This document shows, one piece after another, positions 1-10,874 of a stretch of 64,000 bases of DNA. The stretch's first letter is position 1; the number at the start of each line of letters is the position of its first letter. The stretch lies in assembly GCA_028023455.1 (NCBI GenBank), contig JAQFVV010000005.1, positions 19,220,001 to 19,284,000 of the forward strand, written 5' to 3'. The position numbers and the translations under genes were made by a program. The stretch comes from Epiperipatus broadwayi. Its lineage: Eukaryota; Animalia; Onychophora. Under the pieces are notes generated by a model. The model did not search any database and was not told the origin of the DNA. It worked only from the letters and a program-made list of their open reading frames with translations.

Positions 1-1546
1 ATAGTAAACATAGTATTATTAAAAAATTGCTTTCTTACATTTTATATATTTTAATAAAATATAATATAAATCTTTATTATATTATAACAACAATTTATAA
101 ATACATCACATAATAATTATATACATAAAAGCCTTTTTCGGTAATACTAAATTAAGTAATTTATATATTTCATATACACAAAATATTTTACCTATTTTTT
201 TTTTTTGTTAATCATTTCTTTTACCTAATTTTTAAATCAATTTGCATCAAAGTCATGTACATACAGTACTGGACATGCATCTTAATAATAATTGTGTTGA
301 GTCCATGTACGTGAAAGTGATAAAAACTAAGCACTTGGTATTATCCACAAAAAGCTTTGGAACCAAATACTATATGGTGGCCCATTGTATATATGTAATT
401 AAAATAATTGCTCTATTTGTTAATGGAACCAATAACTGATTGTGTCTCTATTTATATCTGACACCAATATTAATTCTATTCCAAAATTTCAAAATGTTTG
501 GCAAATTTAGATTTATTTATATCCAAAAGCATAAAAATCACAGCTAGAAGGAGTTTGATTAGCTCTCCTTTTTTTCATATACATTTAAATGCCATATAGT
601 TATTATTTAACTCATCCATTTGATTTGTATTTGATGATTAATGCTGGGGTTGTTAAAAATAAGACTGTTTTTATCCTCTGTCTAATTAGATATGAGTTCA
701 TAATTGAGTGTATCGTATCATATTTGCATATAGGTGTCAATATTAATTTCTCTCTGGAAATCAACACATTTAGCAAATTTAGCTTTATTTACATCAAAAG
801 GCATAAAGAATTGGTCAATGTAGTGGGGTGGATTGGTTTAATTATTTTACAACTAGATGAAGATTGGTCATCTCCGGTCTATTTACAGATACCTTTAATT
901 GCTGTGCGAAGTTATTATTCAATATATATAAGATAAGCTGACATATAGCTAAAAAAATTACACTTCCCACTTTTTGTATTTCAGGTGAAAATATCAGGTG
1001 AGTTAAAAGTTTGAATACTTGATAATTCATGCTAGAATTATTGTCATGAATATCATTTACATATTTAAAAAACCCCTACAATTTGATGTTAAAGTGTAAA
1101 ATAACTTTCACACAAACTAAGATATGATGCTTTCAATCATTGTTATTTATATCAAATAGATACCATCTAGTGCAGAGGCGATTTCTGTCTTAATTATAAT
1201 TCCATATGGACAGACAAATAACCTAACTGATAGAAACAATATGTAAAATAAGCAATAACTGTGCTATACATTAATGTAACCAATTAGAAAAATGGATCTT
1301 TAACACTAATATATCATTTTACTCACAGTTATTACAAAGTTTCCCAATCAAACTTTAAAAAATCATCTTGGGCTTGCAGGTATAGAAAGAAACTCCGAAT
1401 AAGTTTTTAAAACTTTCATTATAATATGTATAAATACATATGTACTTAACATTCATTAAAAACTAGTTAAATTATGTTCATTAAAAATCAGTTAAATTCT
1501 TTATACAAATAAATACAATTTATTTAACCTAAAAATGTTCCTTTAC

Positions 1547-1663
1547 CTTAATGTCATCAGGATATCTTGCATCATATAAAAGTTTTTCTTTGATTCGATT
1601 CATATCATGAGTAGCAATAGTGGCTAGCGTTCTTTTTTGACAAATGTCTTCATGAAGTTCGGT
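1547..1663 (-). CDS. LRRC47: LRRC47-like, coding exon 3 (B3/B4 domain); gene continues beyond left edge
   Basis: Minus strand reads ttgcag|ACC GAA CTT CAT...GAC ATT AAG|gtaaag = TELHEDICQKRTLATIATHDMNRIKEKLLYDARYPDDIK. This resembles the LRRC47 segment TKLHEDLCEKRTAATLATH as I recall it. 117 nt, phase 0/0, in frame with exon 2. Confidence 0.92.
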
Positions 1664-1737
1664 CTGCAATAAATACACATAAAAAATGCTTTTTTAAAAA
1701 AAAAAGTATGGGGCAAAAAAATAAAGGAGGGAAAATA

Positions 1738-1780
1738 TCTCCAGACAAGTTTCTGGCTTATGGCTTTCATCAGTGAGGAG
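1738..1780 (-). ncRNA. Minimal type I hammerhead ribozyme, subfamily A, diverged single copy
   Basis: Minus strand reads TCCTCA CTGATGA AAGC-CATAA-GCCA GAA ACTTGT C TGGAGA. Core CUGAUGA/GAA/GUC is intact; helices I and II each carry one mismatch. Confidence 0.65.
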
Positions 1781-3689
1781 TTTTGGATAAAAGATCCCAT
1801 GCCCCTGGATTTTTTGAAAAGGAGAAATAGATATGCTACTTAAAAATAATGTGTTGGCAAGTCATCATGTAATGTTTTATTGGTATTATAATAATCTTGG
1901 TTAAGGAATATAAATGTATGAAGTTATTAAAAAACTGAGAATACTAACACATGGTGTCAAATTTATATAACTATGCAAGCAAGTTGGCTTAGATTCAAAA
2001 TCTTATGGATATATTTGAATTTCAAATTGATAGAAAAAAAAGAAAAGTGCATTAATCCAAAAAATTCAGGTGTATTAAATTTAGATTCAAAACTTTTATC
2101 TGATGAAAGCTATAAACTAGAAATTACTTTGTGGATATGGATACAACAAAACTAGATAGAGATTTATTAAGCAATGCTGGTTCTTATCTATTGACTATTC
2201 AACATTATATTAAGTAGCAAAAATGAAGTAGGAGAAATAGATATGTTAATTTTAATTAAGGTAAAAAAATTAAAAAACTATACAGACACAAATGAAATAT
2301 TTTATGCAAACACATACACACAAAAACAGCAAGAATGAATGTCAGTAAAATAAAATTTACACAAAGTCTACCATAAAAGTAAAATAAAATAAAATAAAAC
2401 AAAAGAATGCTATATCCAAAGATATATATAGATAGTAGAATTAAACAAAAATACTGGAATATATCCAGGTTTGAATCCAGGCAGAGTAAACCATAATTTT
2501 TTTCCAACAGATTATTTTCTTAGATAGCCAATTCAACTACCACCTATTCATAATTAGAGATATAAAACAAGGATGGAAAAACAGTCACATCATCATCACC
2601 AAACAATTGGAAAGCCTGATGAGTATTATTTTTTTTTCCAATCTCTAAAAGGTTATTGAAGAAGCTTTTGTGCTGCAGTAGGTAATTTAAGAACTGTTTT
2701 ACTACATCTATCGGTACAGTACATCTCAAATTATGAGTAAATCACTGAGAATAATATTCAACACCTTTTCAGAAGCTTACAAAAAGCTTATAGAGCGACA
2801 GTACCCTTACCACTACATGGTATTTGTGCAGAAATGGATTCCTTGGAGGATATAATCCTGGTTATTTTAGACTAGATTCCTATGTTAGTCAAATGTCAGA
2901 AAAACCTCCTGAAGGGATGCAATCCTAAGCACAAATAAGAATGAATAAATTCAAATTATAGCTGTAGAATATATTAACAGAGAAAGATATACATAAATCT
3001 CCTCTTTGTTTACTATATAGACCAGAAAACCCCTGGGATGGATTTGATAGGCCTTAACACACACAGTTAGGCCCATGAATTTAGTAAAAAAAAAAAATCA
3101 AAAAGTAGTATTAAAAGTTCTAATCAAGATTAAGATCAAATTCAGTAACAAAACAAATAAAAATATCCTTCATAAACTATCTTCTTTTTATTAATAATCT
3201 GCTTGTAGGAGGCACTATCCAATTAAAAGGAACTTTCTGATCCTATTACTTTTTTCCTCCATTAGTATGATATAGTAATTTCATATTTTATTTCTCATGT
3301 AAAAATACACCTACAATTTTTTTAGCAAAATCGTAGAGGGAGGGACCAATCTGTGATTAGTGATTGAGTTAATGCAGAGTGAAAATCTTTTTTCCATTAG
3401 GGAGAATTTTTTTTTGTTAAAAAAAAAAAACCTAAATGCTTTTGTGACTTCTATAGAATCTTTTATTGTCTTTAAATTTGTAATCATCGGCGAATGATTT
3501 CAGCTGCATTATCTGGTCATAGTATTTTTACATTATACAATTACCCAGGACTTCAATTATTACCATTAACTTCTTTATTAACTTCATATTGGCATAACTG
3601 TCACAGAAAACTTATTGACGTTTCTCTACAATAATAAAAAGGGAGAAACTATCTCTCTTTTATATTGCTAAGACTACTAATATATGGTA

Positions 3690-4080
3690 TGGCTGAAGAT
3701 CTATCAGCCCCATATGGCTATTTGAGTTATTTGAGTTGGATAGCTGGGTTTGAAGACATGTAGATGTCTGAAAATTTCAGATTTTCCACTCAATAGATAA
3801 CTTTTAGATAAGTGCTTGGCTTTGTGTTGGTATTTTTAGATCTAGTGTCTGAACCTACTCTGACACCTCTCTGAGGAGTGCCAAAGCACGAAACCATGGT
3901 CAGGGGTTTGGGGAGGGGTTTCTGACAGAGATATTTTAGGTGCTGGCTCTGGCTAAGCATTTATCATAAAGCTTGTAGAGGAATTGGCCATCCTCGCTGT
4001 TTATAACGTACAAGCTTAAGAGATAGAGTCATGTGATCCATGACTCTTATTTTGACTATTTATCATCTGTCTAGAACTTT
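3690..4080 (+). mobile_element. Hammerhead-bearing repeat, subfamily C (retrozyme/Penelope pLTR-like); boundaries approximate
   Basis: Contains the ribozyme at 3865-3907. Upstream box GCTGAAGATCTATCAGCCCCATATGGCTAT and TTAGATCTAG are alignable to subfamilies A and B. Confidence 0.6.
3865..3907 (+). ncRNA. Minimal type I hammerhead ribozyme, subfamily C, canonical core
   Basis: ACCTCT CTGAGGA GTGC-CAAA-GCAC GAA ACCATGGT C AGGGGT. Helix I 6 bp (one G-U), helix II 4 bp, palindromic helix III, predicted cleavage after GUC at 3901. Confidence 0.9.
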
Positions 4081-4187
4081 GTGATCTGAAAATATCCAAA
4101 TCTTTATCGACTGAAGCATAGATGACACTTAAATGATAAAGAAATCAACCAAAAATTTAACTAAATAATAAAAAAAAATCCTTTATT

Positions 4188-4458
4188 TAAAAGCTTTTAT
4201 TTACTTTGCACTAAAAAGTCAAAAAATAACTTTTTTTCAACCACTATTAGATTTTTTATATTTACCTTCAAATAAAAGCATGGGCTGTCCAGAAATTAAT
4301 TAATTCAATCACTAATTGTAAAAATTAGTGACAATTAATTAATTTCTGAGCACGCCATGATTTTACTTCAAGTTAAATATAAAAACTCCAATTATGGTTG
4401 AAGAAAACAATTGTTGTTTTTTTTTTGTTTTTGGCGCACAGTAAACAAAAGTGTTTAT
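4188..4458. mobile_element. Palindromic MITE-like element (related to 39467-39728)
   Basis: Imperfect fold-back over ~270 bp centred on AATCACTAATT-gtaaa-AATTAGTGA. Arms share GCACTAAAAA..CAAA.AAATAA...TTCAACCAC with the 39.5 kb copy. Confidence 0.55.
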
Positions 4459-6052
4459 TACAGAAATATTTTTTATATTCATTATTTTTAAATTTTAACA
4501 TTGAGATGTTTTTCATAATTATTCCAGTTTTAATAAAAATAATATTTATCATCTCTGTAATATTTTAAAAAAAAAAATCATGCATTAAAAATTGATCCCT
4601 AGAATCATATGGCGTGCGTATTTGACAAGAAATACAATATTCTTTAAAACAAAAAATAAACAGTGGTTTAATATGTACACAAATTCTTACCTAGAAAATT
4701 TATAAACAAAATTTGGCAGTATAATTTTTTTCTGAGTTGTACATTATGGTAGCATTTATTCATAATATCATTAGTATCCAAAACAAGCTTATCCTTCGAT
4801 GCAGTTATGCATAAAGTATATAAATTGGAAATAAAGTACACATCCACCTATATAAGATATTGTTTTCTTCAAACTCAAATCATTCATCTGCTTGTTTTTC
4901 ACATGTAGTGTATCAAATGTTATATAAATTCAATCTATTCTTTTGTACGTATATTAATTGTTGTATGTAATTTGCTATTAATAAAATTTACTTTATTAAA
5001 AAAAAATCGATTCCAATATAATTTTGTTTAAGACAAAAGTATTTTTAAAAAATGTTTACAATCAAGGGAAAATAAAATTTAAAGCAAGTTTTATAATCAA
5101 AAGAAAAAACGATTTGTTTTTATTTCTATTTGAATTTATGTTAAATGCTTTTTATTTTATTTTATTTTATTTTTAAAAAAAATACCATCCTCTCATGTGC
5201 ATCATTGAAAATTTACTGAATCTATATCAATGTTTTGAAATTTAATCATGAACAACCTTAGATTATAAGAACTACTTGACAACCTGGAAATATTTCATTG
5301 TCGTATTACATTGGCATTGATTTGTAACATGTACAAAATTAAAAGAAATCCATTTGGTAGAAATATTTAAAACTCATTTCAAAATTTATCCTAAAAATAA
5401 AAAATAAAAGCTTTTCACGTATGACTTTTCATAAGGAATTCAGACAAGAGAAGGAAATGCATTTATTCTATCAGCGATGAAAACAGTTATCTTAAATAAG
5501 CAATATGATAATCTTTATGAATTACTGCAAGAAGTCCTTCACTCAAAGAATCAAAAATATTGTAAGACCCTCCATCATTTTCTGTAAAGATACTGTCATA
5601 TAAAATAAATTCTCAGGAGATCAGTTACAGAGATCTAATATCCTCAAAAATGAAAAACGTTTACTGATGATGATAACAAAACTTAGGAATGACTAAAGAA
5701 TGCTGAAAGGAAAAAGATTTCGTAAATAATAATGAAATACACTTGAAAAAATTATAAAATGTCCATACCCTTGGTTTTTTTAGATGTCACATCAGTTGTC
5801 CTACATCACCAAGTTATGACTTATATAATGGTCTGAATAAAAATTTGTATCAAATGCCAGAAATTAGACATATAAATTATTTATTCTATTCGCACTTTAA
5901 CTTGAAAGATGGATATGACTTGCTAATCTAACAAGTGATTTCCTTTCCCCTGAATTTAAATTGAGTTGTGCAAGATGGCTGTGGAATCCTTAGAAAAAAT
6001 GATAAGTATATGGTTTGAAGTATGAACTTTACCTTAATTATACATATGCATT

Positions 6053-6493
6053 ATAATATTTACTAAGGCTGTAACCTTATGAATAAGCGTCTGAAAAATT
6101 CAAAGGTAGGGACCTCTACAGGTCTTAGCCACAAGCTTACGCTCAGAAGAAAAGAGGGAAACCTTCTTTACTTCAACCTACCTTCGAATTTTTCAGACGC
6201 TTATTCATAAGGTTACAGCCTTAGTAAATATTATTAATATAATAATGTGCGTTTAATAAAATTTATAATTACAACTTTAAATTATCATAATAGATTTCTT
6301 ACTATAAGATCTTTCCATTGACTCATTGTAAATCGTAAGATTTCGCGAGTATTAATGTATAATAAGAATTGTGGACTTAATTAGTGAAGTATTGAATAGC
6401 TTCACACTCTTAGATCTAACCACTTCAGCTTCACCTATTCATATATAAAAGTAGGTTGAAGTAAAGAAGGTTTCCCTCTTTTCTTCTGAGCGT
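6053..6493. repeat. Interlocked inverted repeats (A...B-A'...B')
   Basis: 6053-6110 is the near-perfect reverse complement of 6177-6234. 6139-6181 is the reverse complement of 6451-6493. Confidence 0.8.
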
Positions 6494-8159
6494 ATAAAAT
6501 TTATAATTACATATGCATTATGTAAAATATTATTAGGAGTGTGTTTCATTTCTCTTTTCCTTTTCTCCATGATGAAGAATACGAGAAGGTAATATCTCAT
6601 GGCATACATTAATATGTAGTCAAATGTGTGCATATATATATATATAGAAAGTTGAAAAGAAAAGTAGAAATGAACACAGCAAAAAATTTTGTAAATATTT
6701 ATTTTAAAATACATATACTGGAATAACAGATTAATGCTTAAATAATAATTTTGGTATTTAAAATTATTATAAATTATTGTATTTTAAATAAAACATTAAA
6801 AGATCTATTTAATATTTTATTTAATTCTGATAATTAATAAAAAAAATCTAAAACAAGCTTGTTTTCATGTTATAATAGATAATAATTATAAAATTCTCCT
6901 ATTTATTTTTAAGGATTAAGTAAGAATTTTTTTTTTAATTAAAACTACTTTTGATCAATGAAAAGTATTATAATATACTTTGATTTTAAATTCTACAATG
7001 TGATTTTGTTTGCAGTATTAAAATTTTTTTTAGATAAAAAGTGTTTTTGATTAATGTGAATTGAAAAGTGTTATTAACTTCTTTTTTTTTTTATCAAAAT
7101 AATAAAAAAAACTTAAGTTATTATGTTTTCAAATTCCATGATACACTATATTGAAAGAAAAAAGACATTATTAAATTAGAAAGAGAAGGAGGAAAATATA
7201 GAGTGCAAGCCAGCTGCTGTTAGTTTCATGATGATCAAGTTTGGATTGACATGGAAGTAAGGCCCAGCTTTTCTATGGTCCATAACCCATAAGCATGTAC
7301 TAAACTGTTGCCTGCCTGAAGTCACAAACTATAGACTTAATGGATTTGACCTAATATACGCTAACCTTAAAATATCAAGAAGCCGGTCTACTGTTTATCA
7401 CTGACATGATTAGAATTAGCCAAGTTACTGAGAGATTACCATTTATCCATATGCAAAGAAGCACAAAGTTACTGTGGTCATACATATATATATATATAGT
7501 GCATACAGAAGATCTATTTCACAAAAAGATATTAGCAGGTAAATAAAATATATTATCTATTGAAAATGACATTATTTCAAACAGCTAACTTTGCAATTCA
7601 AGTTAAATATTTAATTTATAAATTTTAAAATAAATAACTTTTCACTAAATTATCCTACTAAAAAGAGAATAAGGGAAGAAAATAAAAATAAATGATCACT
7701 TTGTCTCCATAAGATTTATTTCAGTTATCATTCATAAAAGATTTTATTTTGGAATTAGAAAAAGTAAACTCAGAAATCGTTCTTAAATATTGGAAATGAA
7801 GAAACAAAAGCCACAGTTTTAAAAGAACTTTCAAACTGAATGTTAAAGATAATGCTTTGTTTTAAATTTTTTTACTTACAATTAAAAAACATAATGTACT
7901 AATAACTTTGATTTGCAAGAAAATATTTAAAATTCGTACCACCAATTTTATTTTATATTAAAATAAGTACATATGTGTGCATTTATTTAACTGTCTTGTA
8001 AGAATATAAAAATATGGATATTATGGATTTAATAAATTTATGGTGATGTTCTATTAGCATGTTGAAACAGCTTGATGGCGTTGTTTCTAGGAAAACGCAC
8101 ATAAATATAATGTTACCGGGCTCACTACCTTATTTGTGAAATAATAATAATAAGAAGAA

Positions 8160-8890
8160 TCGTACAGGTTAATGTAATTCATTTATTTTCCTTAATAAAT
8201 TCTTTTTACAATTTCTTTTTGTCTCTGGATATAACTACAAGAAATTTTTTACACTCACACATTTTATCATACAGGTTAACATAATTCATTGATTGATTTC
8301 CTTAATAAATTACTGTCAGATTTATTCGATTAACAATTTTATGATGATCAATTAAAATCTTTAACAAGTGCCTACAAATTTCATCTAAGTCCTGCAACAT
8401 GGGGGGAGATGGTATGCCTTTTCACATCTGCAAGAATTAAAACTTGTTAACTAACAGATGTTATTGCAAATATTCTATTCTAGTAGAATTCCCCATGTAT
8501 GCCAGCACTTGTCACTGGGAACCCCCCCCCCGCGCCCCGCAAACTTAAAAAAGTCTACTATCATTGCTTGACAGATAACTAACTTACATCATGGTGGAAG
8601 AAATGAGAATGCTTCAATTACTGAACTGTATTTGTCTCCTTTTTTTTGGTCATTTTGGAAAAGGAAAATTAATGTTTATTTACTCCAATAGCTATCTTTG
8701 AAAGAATATGTGACTAAGGTATGGTGGATAATATTAATGGCACACCTATTAATAATGATTAATAATTTTCCAACTCGATTGTTTTTTGGTTTTTTTACAA
8801 TTAAGAAAGGTATTCTTTTCATAATTTCCTTTTGTCACTGGATATAACTCCGAGAAATTTTACAGTCAGATATTTTAATTCTCGTAGGTG
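8160..8890. repeat. Degenerate ~107 bp tandem/dispersed repeat
   Basis: TACAGGTTAA.TAATTCATT...TTCCTTAATAAATT occurs at ~8163 and ~8270. TTTTGTC.CTGGATATAACT...AGAAATTTT occurs at ~8217 and ~8830. Confidence 0.45.
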
Positions 8891-9059
8891 TTCTCGCGAA
8901 CTGTGACTTTTTTCGGGAGAACAGTGAAATTGTGGTTTCCCCTACCCTTTTCTAATTATTTACATCTTACATGTTGGGTTCGGAAGCAGGGTAATGGGCT
9001 TATAATTATTACTTTTTAATATAACGTTAGGTAAGTTGTATTATAATTACTTTTGAATG

Positions 9060-9330
9060 CAGATTGCAATAGTTCTGCAAACTTTAAATCCACCCACCCT
9101 GAAATGGTATGGTAGCGAAGTGTTAACATTGCTAAAGGATAGTATTGTGTGCACTCGCACAAACTGCGCAAGACAAAGCAGGAGTTAGTTAGATCAACAA
9201 AAAAAGTTGTGGCTATTTGTTTTGACTGTGGCCCACTAAACGACCTATTTATGTGCATTTGGATGGGATCAATACCATCAAGCGGTTTCAACAAGCTAAT
9301 AGAACAGTACCAAATTTATTAAATGAAATA
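9060..9330 (+). mobile_element. Highly decayed RTE-like LINE RT fragment
   Basis: Frameshifted translation gives PTLKWYGSEVLTLLK...KLRKTKQELVRS, resembling RTE RPVLLYGSETWTL...KLR..QR.MER. Confidence 0.3.
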
Positions 9331-9412
9331 TTAGTATATAAATGCCAGTGTATGCACACATTTGCATGGCTACTCATATATGTTAAAATCAGTCATATAT
9401 GTCTTATTAAAA

Positions 9413-9460
9413 CAGGCAAAACTCTCCATACAGTAAAATGGTGATCATGTGATGTTTATA
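9413..9460. mobile_element. 48 bp subfamily-A fragment with internal inversion, flanked by 11 bp direct repeat
   Basis: CAGGCAAAACTCTCCATACAGTA and AAATGGTGATCATGTGATGTTTA match the subfamily-A unit in opposite orientations. TCTTATTAAAA lies at 9402-9412 and 9461-9471. Confidence 0.55.
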
Positions 9461-9701
9461 TCTTATTAAAATTAATTGATTTATTTATTAATTTATTGAC
9501 TGTTAAATAATAAATATAAATATGTTAAATACATATTAACTGGTGAAGCTTCCTTTAATTAATTAAACAATCCTTTATAGCTAAGCGCTTTCGGGGCAAT
9601 ATTTAAACTCCATATTCATAGCTAATTAATCGATGATATATTATAAATGTTTTTTTAATAACATATAAATGTTCACATAAAATATTCAAATATGCAAATT
9701 T

Positions 9702-9833
9702 CTAAACATTCCATACCTTGGAGAGAGTAAAGCAACTCTCCCTTTTGTTGATGGCGCTGTTGTTATTGGCTATCAGATAGGCTTCCTTCACTTTTCTCTT
9801 AACATTGTCTCTCCAATATGTTAATTTTATATC
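9702..9833 (-). pseudogene. Penelope-like element GIY-YIG endonuclease C-terminal relic
   Basis: Open frame DIKLTYWRDNVKRKVKEAYLIANNNSAINKRESCFTLSKVWNV* resembles the PLE endonuclease tail (N..KR..KEA..I......N.D.G..L...W). Confidence 0.55.
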
Positions 9834-10708
9834 ATTATACAGGCAAATCTGTGTGCTTATACAGGTGTGTGTCATGTAAACACATTGAAATATCCCTAAA
9901 TTATAATGCTATAGCATATTTTATAATATTTTTAATCAAAATCAGAATGATGTATTTCTATTTATAGCGTACTTAACAAACCTTTAATTTGATTTTATTA
10001 TTATTGTTTCTAATTAATAAATTTATATATATATCGTTTTAAATGATTCCAGTGAATTTATTCAATACTAAAATAGGTTTAAAATATATGCTGGTATTTT
10101 CCTTTGTGCACAATCACAGTTTCTAGAGTCCTTGCTTTCCAAGCTAACCCAAGAAATAATGGTTGGTTTATATACGTATGAGAGGGTTTATGTATGTGGG
10201 TAAACATCCAGAGAGTTCTCTGGATGGTGCAAAGGTATGGTATCACCTTTAAAGTTCATTCCATGCATTTTATTTTTTTAAAAAGAAAATTGACTTTATA
10301 GTTGGCCTGTACACCCATGGTACTCTATGGCCAGAGCATTGTTTGTAACTTATAATTATTCTTCTAATTATTTAGTTTTGTTCAGTGCTGATAGTCATGC
10401 TCTCATGTTTTTATTTCTTTTATTCACTGTCATTTTCTTTATTTATTCATTTTATCTGTGATGATTATTTAGGTTGAATGGGGATGATGATGTTTTTCCA
10501 TCTTCCCGAGAGTACCCCTATTTTCTGTACCGTTACAAACGAGAAGAAATAAAATATTATCAACAAGGATCTTTATTCAAACTTTCCCAGATCAGTTTTA
10601 ATCTACAGAAGTCAATGCTGTCATACACTGATGATATTTCTGATAGTCACCAATAGTATCACTAATATTCACCTAATTAAAAGGGGTAGTTGTAACTTAC
10701 GCCCCATG

Positions 10709-10874
10709 TGGCCGCAAGAGGCGCTATTTCTGTGTCAACCACAGAAATATCCAGAGTAGGGGGCCAAAAGCAGACGATGCAAAGTTCCAGCCGCTAGATG
10801 GCGCTGTTCACCATGCATACGCGCAGTAACCTTATGCCAAATAGCTGCCAGTACTATTGCCCGCTTGGTGGCGC
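10709..10874 (+). promoter_or_regulatory. Cluster of CTCF-like motifs in a CpG-enriched patch
   Basis: CCGCTAGATGGCGC (10791-10804) and CCGCTTGGTGGCGC (10861-10874), plus a weaker CCGCAAGAGGCGC (~10712), all in the same orientation. Confidence 0.4.

Noticed and set aside
985-997. Apparent 13 nt plus-strand microexon (tttcag|GTGAAAATATCAG|gtgagt)
   Set aside because: Antisense to LRRC47 with no supporting partner exons; such signal pairs arise by chance in 64 kb of AT-rich DNA.
2544-2930. GC-richer stretch with exon-like fragments (EAYKKLIERQYPYHYM; GFLGGYNPGYFR)
   Set aside because: Stops in all frames and no recognisable family; probably an old transposon relic.
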